Below are positions 29,619-39,601 of a stretch of DNA of 64,000 nucleotides, piece after piece. Made by a program: the position numbers and the translations under genes. Under the pieces are notes generated by a model. That model had not been told where the DNA came from, made no database searches, and saw only the letters and a list, made by a program, of their open reading frames with translations. The stretch covers positions 3,808,001 to 3,872,000 of the forward strand of contig OZ244621.1 of NCBI GenBank assembly GCA_965218425.1. The letters run 5' to 3'. Source of the stretch: an uncultured Candidatus Binatia bacterium. GTDB lineage: Bacteria > Desulfobacterota > Binatia > UBA9968 > CAXXLF01. Each line of letters begins with the position of its first letter. Positions within the stretch are counted from its first letter, which is position 1.

Positions 29619-30719
29619 TTACTGGACTGCCAGGGCGTAGATGATGGGAAAATTGAGGGGTACTTTTTGCCAGTGATCGCCCCGGTCCCCGCTATAAAAG
29701 ATCTCCCCCTCGTTTAACTTGATAAACCGGGCGCCCTCTCCGCCGGTGCCGATAAAGACTTCGTCCGATCCGTCTGGATCGAAATCGATGCATTCCACCA
29801 TGCTCATGAAAGGGTCGGGCAACCCATCTCCTATGCGCTCCCAGCTACTGCCTCCATCAGAACTCCTCATCAATGCGCCGTTGGCCTTGTTGGATCGCTT
29901 CAACCAGACCGGAGGTGGCTCTTCCGCCACGCCCACGTAGAGGGTCTGAGAGTCCCGGGGATGGACTCGAACCGGCACCGAGTAGGTCCTGGTAAAATCC
30001 TTGGTAATGCACTGCCATGACTTTCCCCCATCGCTGGAGCGATAGAGGGGTCTGCCCTTCGGAAAAGGGGTAGGATCGGGAAAATTCTCTCCACCGCCGG
30101 TGGCAGCATAGATTTGATTTTCAATTTCAGGGTCATAAACCACCGTGTGGACATCCATATCAATGGGATCGCGCACATCCGACCACGAGGCTCCACCATC
30201 TTCACTGATGAGCAGGCCACCCACCTGAGCCGCCACACAGATTCGCTTGGAATTATTCGCATCAACGGTGATGCAGCGCAGGTGGGGCTCAATCATGGGA
30301 ACAGGATAGGTCCACTTTCGATCTTCCGCCAACTTTCTAACCCCTGTCATCTCGCGCCAGTTTTGCCCCCCGTCCTCACTTTTCCAAAGTCCCGGTGGCT
30401 CCGTGCCTGCGTATAGAACATTGGAGTCTGTTGGATCCAACGTCAAGGCACGCACTTTATCCGACAGAACCCCGTCCCCCAACTTATGCCAGCTCGCGCC
30501 ACCGTCGTCGCTGCGACAGAGCCCGCCACCACGAATTCCTACGTAGACGGTCTGTCGGTTCCGGGGATCGATAACCACGGCATTGATCTCCGCCCCGTCG
30601 AGACTTTTTGTTTCGACCCGCCAATTACGATTTGAACGAACAACCTTGAATACACCGTCAATCGTTCCAACAAAAAGAGCTCTCACGGCTGCCCTCCCCT
30701 TTTGGGAAACGAATTTCAC
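29619..30719 (-). CDS. BNR/Asp-box repeat beta-propeller protein
   Basis: Repeated SxDGGxxW Asp-boxes; no signal peptide. Confidence 0.85.
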   Translation of the reverse strand: MKFVSQKGRAAVRALFVGTIDGVFKVVRSNRNWRVETKSLDGAEINAVVIDPRNRQTVYVGIRGGGLCRSDDGGASWHKLGDGVLSDKVRALTLDPTDSNVLYAGTEPPGLWKSEDGGQNWREMTGVRKLAEDRKWTYPVPMIEPHLRCITVDANNSKRICVAAQVGGLLISEDGGASWSDVRDPIDMDVHTVVYDPEIENQIYAATGGGENFPDPTPFPKGRPLYRSSDGGKSWQCITKDFTRTYSVPVRVHPRDSQTLYVGVAEEPPPVWLKRSNKANGALMRSSDGGSSWERIGDGLPDPFMSMVECIDFDPDGSDEVFIGTGGEGARFIKLNEGEIFYSGDRGDHWQKVPLNFPIIYALAVQ

Positions 30720-30859
30720 CGCTCCCCATCTCGCGATCCCCTGTTCCTGACCGCTCTGTCTTTGTCTTCCCTGCCTACCGTCCGCCCGAAGTCTAATGCT
30801 TAGTGGTTTTCTCGGTGATTAGCACTGAGCATGTAAGACCGGGAACTTCTCCGACCCTT

Positions 30860-30927
30860 TGCGCCCTGCGCTTCGCTTTCTGCCCGCGACATTCAATCTT
30901 CGATCCTCAATAATCGATCCGCACCCC
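30860..30927. repeat. Degenerate 7-nt periodic repeats
   Basis: TGCGCCC TGCGCTT ... TCAATCT TCGATCC TCAATAA TCGATCC. Confidence 0.4.
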
Positions 30928-30937
30928 CTTGTCCCTA

Positions 30938-31651
30938 TTACTTTCCTGCCGCGATGGCCCTGTCACCGATCAGATCATAGATATAGCGAAACGCTTCAAT
31001 GCTTTCTCCTACCGCAGCGAGGGCCAACTCCTCCTCTACTTTACTCCTTGCATACTCGACGATAATGCGGATGGTTTCCTCGGCGTGACCGCCTTCATCC
31101 GGATCAGCGGCATCCGCAGCCTCCCAATGGGTGAGCCATTCTCTTCCCAGCCCCAAGGGCTCCCAGTTGTGCCGGGAGTTCAAGGGCTTCTGGCCGTACT
31201 TGGCCGCCAGCTCCCCGTGGTTCGTAAGCTCAAGTGCTCCCACCGCTGAAAATCCTTCCAACCAGGGTTTTGTGCGACTGATATTATCCCAATAGTGAAC
31301 CGCCAGTTTCATAGGGACACTGGGCACATAATTCAATACTTCATCCCGGGAGAGGCCCAACCCCTGTCCGAACTTTACCATGCTCCCATAGTGGGTATCA
31401 TCGATGGTTGGGTCATGCACTTCCTCAACATAAATATTACCGATGATGTAGCGGCGCACCTCGAGGTGAGGGCAGTTAGCGATAACGTTACTAAACCAAC
31501 GGGGAAAATTTGCCGCAAAATAAGTGTGCTCCACGGCGAAGATTTTTGCCCCCTCGCGATTCAGGTGGTGGTTGACAAACTCCATCATTCGAGGAGACTT
31601 CTTCCACCAGGAATCGGCCACCGCATCTAAGATATCTTCCCTTTTTAACAT
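30938..31651 (-). CDS. Second HO-like diiron protein (TenA/PqqC/CADD superfamily)
   Basis: NIYVEE...TH, ALE, D....H pattern. Confidence 0.75.
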   Translation of the reverse strand: MLKREDILDAVADSWWKKSPRMMEFVNHHLNREGAKIFAVEHTYFAANFPRWFSNVIANCPHLEVRRYIIGNIYVEEVHDPTIDDTHYGSMVKFGQGLGLSRDEVLNYVPSVPMKLAVHYWDNISRTKPWLEGFSAVGALELTNHGELAAKYGQKPLNSRHNWEPLGLGREWLTHWEAADAADPDEGGHAEETIRIIVEYARSKVEEELALAAVGESIEAFRYIYDLIGDRAIAAGK

Positions 31652-31680
31652 AAATTCTTTCCCTTACCCTGCTAGTTCCT

Positions 31681-32754
31681 TCAAGCATTCTTCAGGTAGA
31701 GTCTCTTGGCGTTTCCACCTAACACAGCTTCCTTGTCTTGCTGGGTGAGATCCTCACGGGCAAGCAATTCATCGATTTCATGGCGACACTTCTTGGCGTC
31801 GAAGACTTCATGAGGAAAATCGCTGCCGAATAGAAAACCTTCCCTACCGGCATTCTGCACGGCAAAGCCAAGGCCGCCGTCGTCCACATCGAAGCCAACG
31901 AAGATCCTTCCCTCGCGCATCCGTTTCCTGAAATAGTCGCTGGCCTTTTCCCCACGTTTCGGGCCTCCCAGAACCTCACCGTTCAAATCCACCTGCATAT
32001 GACCCTCATGATGAGAACGATCGAGCCGATCCAGGAAGAAGGGCACCCAGGTGGAGCCTCCCTCAAGAAACCCAACACGCAGTTTGGGAAACCGATCGAA
32101 GATCCCATGGGAGAGCATCGCGGCAGCCTGGATCATAATACCCACAGGATGCCCGATGGCATGAACCGGATAGTAAGTGCTGAAAGTATCCATACCCAGG
32201 TGGTGCAGCGCCCCCACATGCACCGCCAAGGAGCAATTGAGCTTCTCCGCCTCCTCGTATATGGGCCAGTACAGCTTGGCCCCAAGATGGTTCTGCAAAC
32301 CCTCTCCATTTGAGGGCAGCATAGCCCCGATCATTCCCAGTTCCTTGACGGCCCGACGCAGTTCCTCCACGGCAACGTCCACATCCTGGATGGGTATCAG
32401 GGCCATTCCCTTCAGCTTTGGGCTGTGGTTGAGAAACGTGTCGTAGAGCCAGTTGTTGTAGGCTCGGCATGCTGCAATGGCCCATTCCATTGAGACGAGC
32501 CGGCCCATGGCCAAACCCCATGTGGGATAGAGAACCGTCCAATCAATTTCCGTCCGCTCTAAAAACTCCAGCCACTCCGTTGGACCAGGATTACCAAACT
32601 CCTTTTGTCCAAAGGTTGGCTTCAGATAGTGAAAATGAAGATGATCGAGTACCGGAAAGACCTGCGAGGCCCGGCAACCTTTGGGCATGTACTTGACCAG
32701 CTCCTCGCTGCGCGCCCCCTCGTTCACGTGACCGTCAGCGTCGATTACTTGCAT
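31681..32754 (-). CDS. Amidohydrolase 2 family protein (decarboxylase/hydratase-like)
   Basis: IDADGH, AYNNW, VH, FLEGG, FGSDFPH. Confidence 0.88.
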   Translation of the reverse strand: MQVIDADGHVNEGARSEELVKYMPKGCRASQVFPVLDHLHFHYLKPTFGQKEFGNPGPTEWLEFLERTEIDWTVLYPTWGLAMGRLVSMEWAIAACRAYNNWLYDTFLNHSPKLKGMALIPIQDVDVAVEELRRAVKELGMIGAMLPSNGEGLQNHLGAKLYWPIYEEAEKLNCSLAVHVGALHHLGMDTFSTYYPVHAIGHPVGIMIQAAAMLSHGIFDRFPKLRVGFLEGGSTWVPFFLDRLDRSHHEGHMQVDLNGEVLGGPKRGEKASDYFRKRMREGRIFVGFDVDDGGLGFAVQNAGREGFLFGSDFPHEVFDAKKCRHEIDELLAREDLTQQDKEAVLGGNAKRLYLKNA

Positions 32755-32833
32755 GTGACATCCTCCCTATTTCAAGGATTTGAAGCTTTGCAGGAATGCC
32801 CGAGCACCTACCCCGCGCAGCCCCAGTGTCATT

Positions 32834-34303
32834 CTAACGTCTCCAGGACTTCAGTCCATCCAAATGGGCCCACTTTTTTAGCACTTCATCCTTATACTCA
32901 GGACTTATGGCCGTCGCCTTGGGAAAATCTTTCATCCAGCTGTAGGGTCGGCAGGCATCCATGACAATGCAGGAACTCACCCATTCGCTTCGCTTTCTGA
33001 GTTGCGGGGAAATCCTTGGATTGAGCGAACTTGCCGCCACATCGACAATTTCAGAGGCCGTCCTGGGATCCCAGCGCGAAGAGACTGCCCATAGCACCTC
33101 GTCCATGTTGGTGATGTCGATGTCGTCGTCCACCACGATGACCATGCGCACATCCCTGCCCCCGTCCCGCGTGGCGATAACCCCATATCCCACCTGCTTG
33201 GCATGGCCGGGGTATTTCTGCCGGATGGCAACCACAACCACAAACCTTCCTTGGTGAGGGAACCAAACACCCTGGATTTCCGGCAGACCGCAGCGTTCCA
33301 AGGCGGTCCAGATATTGGCCGATCGGATGTACATGTAGATCTGGCTATTTAAATAGGTCTTGAGCGGAGGATCGCCAGTCAGGATGGGATCCTTGCGGTG
33401 GTGCATGGCTTCCACCCGTACCACTGGGGCAGGGTGAACGTCAGAGGCGTAATATCCAGGCCATTCCCCAAAGGGCCCTTCGTCCTTTGCCTGGCGCTCC
33501 GGCGGGGGCACGTAACCCTCCAGCACAATCTCGGATGAGACTGGTATGGGCAGTCCCGTGACCGGACCCTTGTGCACGGAAACCGCCACCCCCAAAAGCC
33601 CTCCAAGAAATTCATACTCGCTTTCCTTCCAAGGGATACCCACCGCACTGGCAAGGATCATAGACGGAGGGAGCCCGCAAACAATCGCCACAGGGCAATC
33701 CTCTCCCCTGGCCCAGTACTTTTTGGCAATGAGATCTCCATGCTTGCCAGGGACAATGAACAAGCCCACATGCTTTTCATCGTGGACCTGAATCCGATAG
33801 GTCCCAACGTTCACATAGCCTGTATCCGGGTCCCGACAAATGACGGAATCAAAGGTTCCAATGTATCGTCCCCCATCATCCTCATGCCACTGGGGAACGG
33901 GAAACTTCAGAAGATTCACGTTCGCACCCCGGGCTGTGTTCTCCAACCAGGGAGTCATTGAAACCTCACGCGGGGGGAGCGGTTTGAAACTACCCAGTCG
34001 CCCCTTGACGGCCCTCACCATCTCTATTGGCGCGGTTTCCGGAGGCATGCCCAGGGCCAGGGCCTCTCTTGCTGGGGTCATCAGAACGTTGCTGAGGACC
34101 CGGTAGCCCCGGGGATAGTCGGGGATCTCATCGAAGAGAAGAGCAGGAGGCTCCGGCACTCCAGCATAGATTTCTGTTAGCGCCCCGATCTCCTTGTTCC
34201 AATGGGCACCTTGGATTTCTTGGAGCCCACGCGTCTTGCTGACCCGGTCCAGGAAGGCCCTAAGGTCCAACCCGCATTGAGCCTGCTCTACATCTTTCTT
34301 CAT
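32834..34303 (-). CDS. UbiD family prFMN-dependent (de)carboxylase
   Basis: DGGRYIGT, NVGTYR, EGPFGEW.GYY, VVDDDID, WA..R.DP. Confidence 0.92.
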   Translation of the reverse strand: MKKDVEQAQCGLDLRAFLDRVSKTRGLQEIQGAHWNKEIGALTEIYAGVPEPPALLFDEIPDYPRGYRVLSNVLMTPAREALALGMPPETAPIEMVRAVKGRLGSFKPLPPREVSMTPWLENTARGANVNLLKFPVPQWHEDDGGRYIGTFDSVICRDPDTGYVNVGTYRIQVHDEKHVGLFIVPGKHGDLIAKKYWARGEDCPVAIVCGLPPSMILASAVGIPWKESEYEFLGGLLGVAVSVHKGPVTGLPIPVSSEIVLEGYVPPPERQAKDEGPFGEWPGYYASDVHPAPVVRVEAMHHRKDPILTGDPPLKTYLNSQIYMYIRSANIWTALERCGLPEIQGVWFPHQGRFVVVVAIRQKYPGHAKQVGYGVIATRDGGRDVRMVIVVDDDIDITNMDEVLWAVSSRWDPRTASEIVDVAASSLNPRISPQLRKRSEWVSSCIVMDACRPYSWMKDFPKATAISPEYKDEVLKKWAHLDGLKSWRR

Positions 34304-34318
34304 AACCCCATTCCTTTG

Positions 34319-35320
34319 CTACCTAAAATCAGGGTGATGCTGAAGCTGTACAAACTCGGAGGCTACCTCCTCCCACCAGGGCCAGTAGAACATAACTATC
34401 CATCGACACCCTGCGCCAGACTTCGTATTGAAGTGCTGGTGCTCTACTCCCCCGGGCTTAACTGGAAACAGGATTAGATCGTCAGTTTGCCAGTCGTATC
34501 TCGTGCCGTCACAAACGGTGTAACCCTCTCCTTCAGTTACATATATGATCAACCCTCCCTGATGCTTGTGCTTGCCCGTGTGGAGACGGATATCCTGAGC
34601 AAACACGGTCCAGTCCTGAAGAGCGTTACGCTCGAATTCGGGATTGAGATAGTAGCAAACCTTTCCCATACGGTTTTGTTCCCAGCTCATATCCGAGCCA
34701 CGAACCAACAGGTTTCCCTTCTCGTATCTTCCGCGGATCTGCATCCAACGCTGAAAATCACGATCGTATTGGGTGCTCAAAGTAGCGGGAGTATCCTCTC
34801 GCTCTGCCGCCACTGGCACTCGCAACCCGTTGCCCGGCGCCAGATCTTTTTCGGACATCCGACCAGAGGCCTGGAGCTCCTCAAATCCCGAACCCTTATC
34901 CACTCCCAAGGAATGCGCCGTATTGATCTCACAGGCCAGCAAGATTGCGTTGCCTCCCTTTTCCGCATTCAAGTGCTGGTATTCTACTCCGTCTCTCAAG
35001 ATGGGAAGTGTTAGAAGATCGCCAGCCCCCCAGTCGTATAGCTCGCCGTTTACTTTGGTTCTAAGCTTCCCCTCCAGCATGTAAAACAACACGCCTCCCT
35101 GGCATCTCTGCAGACCGCTCTTCCAACCTGGATTCACCTGCTGGGCATAGAGCACATAAGCATTCCAAGCACTGTCGAAGCAAGGATGCATAAACCACTT
35201 CATCTTGCCATGCTGGTTGTCTTCCCACGGAACATCCTTGCCTTTAATCACAATCGGCTGTTGTTGCGCCACAAGTCGTTGCTTGTCCCTGAGCTTGAGC
35301 AGCTCATCAAAATGACTCAT
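34319..35320 (-). CDS. Double-cupin protein (fusion of two mono-cupins)
   Basis: Internal repeat: KGKDVPWEDN.GKM and RGSDMSWEQN.GKV; GKHKHQGG, EHQHFN. Confidence 0.78.
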   Translation of the reverse strand: MSHFDELLKLRDKQRLVAQQQPIVIKGKDVPWEDNQHGKMKWFMHPCFDSAWNAYVLYAQQVNPGWKSGLQRCQGGVLFYMLEGKLRTKVNGELYDWGAGDLLTLPILRDGVEYQHLNAEKGGNAILLACEINTAHSLGVDKGSGFEELQASGRMSEKDLAPGNGLRVPVAAEREDTPATLSTQYDRDFQRWMQIRGRYEKGNLLVRGSDMSWEQNRMGKVCYYLNPEFERNALQDWTVFAQDIRLHTGKHKHQGGLIIYVTEGEGYTVCDGTRYDWQTDDLILFPVKPGGVEHQHFNTKSGAGCRWIVMFYWPWWEEVASEFVQLQHHPDFR

Positions 35321-35344
35321 TCAATCATGCCTCCATCTGGTTGG

Positions 35345-37462
35345 TTAACAACCCTCGCCGGCCCGGGGGAAATACTTTACCCTTTCCAATCGTTGACACT
35401 TCTGGCAGAACCATCCGGCCAGCTCGAATAATCCGTTGGCGGTCAGATTCAAACAATAGGGGGCAACGGTGGACCACGGGATCAAGAAATAGCCGTCCTT
35501 GGCTAGAGGGGCCCCGCAGCCACTGCATTGACCAGGATCCCCCTCGAACAGGTTACGTTCAATGTCGTCAACAGGTCCCACAAACACCGATTGCGATGAC
35601 TGAATATCTGCCACGGATCGCCGGCCGCGATCCTTCACTCGTTGTTGGCCCATACGTTCCCTGGTCTGTCTGGTTCCGTCCACGTCCAGTTCGCCCGCGG
35701 CATCACAAATGACACCGTAAAGCTCCTTTGCCCACCCAGCAGACACTAGTCCTTCTTTCACATCTCCCGCCACTGCTAGGGAGTCCCGATCCAGGGGATC
35801 CCCCCAACCCCCTCCTCCAGCCCCGGTACAATGAAACAAATCGTTCTCGTCGAGCCAATTCCGACCGAAAGGCTGTATTTTTTCCCTATCTCCTCCCAGG
35901 GTATCCAGGTCTTGCGGCAGGATGCCCTGCTGGAACAGTTTCGCAGCGTTAGACTCCCTCACGATGATCATCTCATTGCACGCACCGGGGTATCCACCCG
36001 CTAAACCCACCGTGCTTGGACAGGCAACACCGTGGGAATGCAGGATCAGGTTCGGAATGGAGGAGACCCCATGGGGTTTGAAGGCCACGTCGATGCCGGC
36101 CCCCCCTCGGAACTTTCCCGCGCCGGCCGAGTCCCGTGCCTGGCGACGGTAAAGGTAAAGGATTGGGTAACGAAGCTCGTTAGTCTCGATGTTGGGTATT
36201 GCGACCTCCGGCTCGCTCCCACTGCCCGTGTTGATGCCATCCTGGGTTCCCCTGGCTCCCCCACCCATCCCCAGTGAACAATCGGTAAAGACCCCTGCAA
36301 ACCTCTGACCGTACTGGTCCGCCCCGGAAAAATCCAGCAGGGGCATATGACCCCTGAGACCCGTGGTGGACCACCGATCCATGCGGCCCTGGCTCAGCAT
36401 CTGACTCACACAGCTGGTCACAGCCTGAAAGACGGCGTAGGTTCCCGATGTGGTCCCCTTGCAAACACCCGCAGGCCAAGAACAATTAACGAAGGTTCCG
36501 GAGTCGGCTTGAACCCGGCAGACCCGAAAGACACCCCCCGGGCAGGGGGATATGGCAAATCCAAAGATGGCCATCACAGCCCTTACAACGTAGCCTTCCA
36601 GGGCGGGCTGCGTCACGTTGATGACCCCCGGTGCCTGTTCCGAGGATCCCGAGAAGTCAAAGTTCAAAACATCACCCTCCTTGATGAGGGTCATCCGGCA
36701 AACATAGATCTGAAGTCTTTCACGATCGAAATAATCCAGATAGGCCACATCGGACCAGGCGCCGTCAGGTATTTCCGTCAAAATCGCCCGCAACTTATTC
36801 TCGGTGGTATCAATGATGCGCTGCATGGCCTCTCTCACGGTGTCCAGACCATAGCGCTCAATGGTCTCAGAGAATCTTCGTTGCATGATGGTGTTGGCCG
36901 AGATCTTGGCCCTGAGATCGATGGCATTCTGTGCGGGTGTCCGAGACCGCCTCAAGTAGTCCTGCTCGATGTCTTTGCGCACAACCCCACCCTCCACGAT
37001 CTTCACCGGTGGCAGCGGGGGCGCTTCTTCCCAAATGGATTGGGCACCCAGGGAGACTTGGCCTGGAGTGGGTCCGCCTGCGTCGGCAATATGAATCCCT
37101 GCACCCGTCCAACCCACCCCTTGGTCCTTCCAGTAGACCGGCCCCACCACCACAGTACAGGTTTGATGAGGCGTGCAAATATACGGGTCATTGGAAAGAA
37201 AGAGATCACCCCGGGAAAGTCCCGGATTTTCTGAATAGTTCTGGTGAATGTATTTGGAGGCGTACATGCATCCCAAGGCATGGGACACGATGGTGGGTCC
37301 TACGATCACCGCCTCACCGGTTTCGTTAAGGAGGGCAACGTTACAGTCATTGGACAATGCCACGGTGGGCGAGCCCGACACATTGCGCAGAGCGATGGCA
37401 CCCTCCCTAACAATGGTCATGAATCGATGTCTTAGAATCTCAAAGGTGACAGGGTCTAGCAT
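35345..37462 (-). CDS. Hydantoinase B/oxoprolinase family protein with C-terminal 2xCxxC domain
   Basis: LDPVTFEIL, NDPY, PH, H.AD.GG, DSAGAGKFRGG, GGGGWGDPLDR; CSGC...CQKC tail. Confidence 0.9.
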   Translation of the reverse strand: MLDPVTFEILRHRFMTIVREGAIALRNVSGSPTVALSNDCNVALLNETGEAVIVGPTIVSHALGCMYASKYIHQNYSENPGLSRGDLFLSNDPYICTPHQTCTVVVGPVYWKDQGVGWTGAGIHIADAGGPTPGQVSLGAQSIWEEAPPLPPVKIVEGGVVRKDIEQDYLRRSRTPAQNAIDLRAKISANTIMQRRFSETIERYGLDTVREAMQRIIDTTENKLRAILTEIPDGAWSDVAYLDYFDRERLQIYVCRMTLIKEGDVLNFDFSGSSEQAPGVINVTQPALEGYVVRAVMAIFGFAISPCPGGVFRVCRVQADSGTFVNCSWPAGVCKGTTSGTYAVFQAVTSCVSQMLSQGRMDRWSTTGLRGHMPLLDFSGADQYGQRFAGVFTDCSLGMGGGARGTQDGINTGSGSEPEVAIPNIETNELRYPILYLYRRQARDSAGAGKFRGGAGIDVAFKPHGVSSIPNLILHSHGVACPSTVGLAGGYPGACNEMIIVRESNAAKLFQQGILPQDLDTLGGDREKIQPFGRNWLDENDLFHCTGAGGGGWGDPLDRDSLAVAGDVKEGLVSAGWAKELYGVICDAAGELDVDGTRQTRERMGQQRVKDRGRRSVADIQSSQSVFVGPVDDIERNLFEGDPGQCSGCGAPLAKDGYFLIPWSTVAPYCLNLTANGLFELAGWFCQKCQRLERVKYFPRAGEGC

Positions 37463-37507
37463 GTTAGTTCCTAATCAAAAAAATCTGATCATTTAGACGG
37501 CCACGGT

Positions 37508-39589
37508 TCACTCGGTATTCAAGATGACGTTTAAGTATTCGTCCATTTCTACCTTCTGGCCGGGATGAACCACAATGGTTGTGTTCGACGCCTCGATAAT
37601 GGCGGGTCCGGAAAATGTATGCCCCGGGGACAGCTCCTTGATTTCGTATACAGGGGTTTCCTCGAAGGAATCGGTGAAATAGACCTTGCGCGTTGCCCGT
37701 GAAATCGGTCGCGGAGAGCTTGGGTCTAAGGTTGCCTTAAGCATGGCCATCTTTGCAGCCTGGGCTACGGAGACCACGTGAAAGGTAAGGATTTCCGTGC
37801 CAGACTCCCGTATGGCGCTCCCGGCACCGAAGGTCTCCTCATAGAGTTTCACAAAATGCTCCACCATGCCCTCTCCTAGGTCCCCAACCTCCTCCCTCAT
37901 AACGGGCACCCTGACTTCGTGCACCTGATAGCGAAAGCGCATATCCACGAACCAAAGGTAGGAAGCGCTCTCCTCGGCAAAGCCTGACCTGGTCCAATCC
38001 AGTCGACTGGTTTTCTCTAGTTCCTCCAGGGCTGAACGAATTTTTTTGTCGTCAAAGGGTTCACGCATGGGTTGCGCGCGGGAATAGTGACGCCTAAGAT
38101 CCGAGGCCGCAATCCCGAAGGCCGACAGAACCGAGGCGTACAGGGGAACCACCACCTTCTTGACCCCGATCTCCCTGGCATAAGCACCCACATGGGTGGG
38201 ACCAGCCCCCCCATAGGCGAACAAGTCAAAATTACGCGGGTCGTAACCCCTTTCAACGGTGAGGGTCCGCACCAGGTCCGCCATGCGAGTATCCACAATA
38301 TCCAAGATTCCCTTTGCCGCCTCAACCGGGTCCATCCCCAGAGGATCTGCGATCCTTTTTTGCATAGCCGCCAGGGCACCCTCTTTATCCAGCAAATTCC
38401 GCCCACCAAAAAAACTACCGGGATTGATTCGCCCCAGGACAACATCGGCATCCGTGACTGTGGGTTCTACACCGCCCCGGCGGTAACATACGGGTCCTGG
38501 AGTCGATCCCGCACTTTCGGGCCCCACCCGCAGTTCTGATGTGGCGGTATCCACATAGGCAATGCTTCCCCCACCGGCCCCGACGGAGGTCACCTCAACC
38601 GTGGGCACCCTAATCCTGTGTCGCTCGATCACAGCTTCATTGGCAAACCTCGGTTCGGAGTCAATGACCAGCCCAACGTCAAAACTCGTCCCTCCCATAT
38701 CGGTACAGATGACGTTTGGAGCATCGGTGAGAGTCCCCAACTTTGCACATCCCATGACTCCACCCACAGGACCAGCAGCCAAGGCCCTTACCGGCTGTAG
38801 TTCCACCTCTTCCCGCCAACCCAGCCCCCCGTGGGATTGCATGGCTAGGATCCTCCCCTGCAGCCCTCTCTCTTTTAGCCGGTTCTCTAGAGTTTCTAGA
38901 TCATGCCGAGACCCTGGGGCTAGAAAGGCGTTTAAAAGGGTCGTGTTAGCCCTCTCATATTCCCCGAGGGTCGGCGAAATCTCAGAAGAAAGGCAAACGA
39001 GCATTTTGGGGGCCTGCTCACTAATGATATCCCTCACCTCTTGCTCATGCTTGGGATTGAGAAAAGACCATAGAAACACCACGGCCACCGCTTCCACACC
39101 GTTCCTTTCAAGTTCCTTTACGCCCTTCGCCACTTCGTCACGGCTAAGCGGAACCACCACCTCCCCCTTGCAGTCCATACGCTCTGATACGCCTCGGATC
39201 ATTTCACGTCCAGCCAGGGGCTCCGGTTTATTCCATACGGATAGATCGTAGCGCTGATCCTCCCTCAGCCCCTCTGTCCGGGCCATGACCCTGCCGATAC
39301 GCATGACGTCCTCATGCCCCCTCGAAATGAGGACACCCACCGGGGCACCCTTTCGCGCCACCACACGATTGGTCATGCTGGTGGTACCCAGGGCAAAGAC
39401 CTGCGCCCCTCCGAGTAACTCCTCTACGGTTTTTGCAATAGAGCCGGAAAGGTTCTGCAAAGCGACCAGGATGCCCTGGCTCAAGTCTTCAGGCGTGGTA
39501 AAGGCCTTATCGATACTCACACGACCGGCATCATCGATGGCCACGCAGTCCGTGAAGGTCCCTCCAACATCAATGCCGATCACATACAT
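37508..39589 (-). CDS. Hydantoinase A/oxoprolinase family ATP-binding subunit
   Basis: GIDVGGTFTD, EYER, DMGGTSFD, GAGGGS, SAGSTPGPVCY, YGGAG. Confidence 0.93.
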   Translation of the reverse strand: MYVIGIDVGGTFTDCVAIDDAGRVSIDKAFTTPEDLSQGILVALQNLSGSIAKTVEELLGGAQVFALGTTSMTNRVVARKGAPVGVLISRGHEDVMRIGRVMARTEGLREDQRYDLSVWNKPEPLAGREMIRGVSERMDCKGEVVVPLSRDEVAKGVKELERNGVEAVAVVFLWSFLNPKHEQEVRDIISEQAPKMLVCLSSEISPTLGEYERANTTLLNAFLAPGSRHDLETLENRLKERGLQGRILAMQSHGGLGWREEVELQPVRALAAGPVGGVMGCAKLGTLTDAPNVICTDMGGTSFDVGLVIDSEPRFANEAVIERHRIRVPTVEVTSVGAGGGSIAYVDTATSELRVGPESAGSTPGPVCYRRGGVEPTVTDADVVLGRINPGSFFGGRNLLDKEGALAAMQKRIADPLGMDPVEAAKGILDIVDTRMADLVRTLTVERGYDPRNFDLFAYGGAGPTHVGAYAREIGVKKVVVPLYASVLSAFGIAASDLRRHYSRAQPMREPFDDKKIRSALEELEKTSRLDWTRSGFAEESASYLWFVDMRFRYQVHEVRVPVMREEVGDLGEGMVEHFVKLYEETFGAGSAIRESGTEILTFHVVSVAQAAKMAMLKATLDPSSPRPISRATRKVYFTDSFEETPVYEIKELSPGHTFSGPAIIEASNTTIVVHPGQKVEMDEYLNVILNTE

Positions 39590-39601
39590 GGTGTCAGCAA
39601 C

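Noticed and set aside
36347..37234. 295-aa plus-strand ORF and similar long overlapping ORFs
   Set aside because: Antisense shadows of well-supported genes with no motifs of their own.
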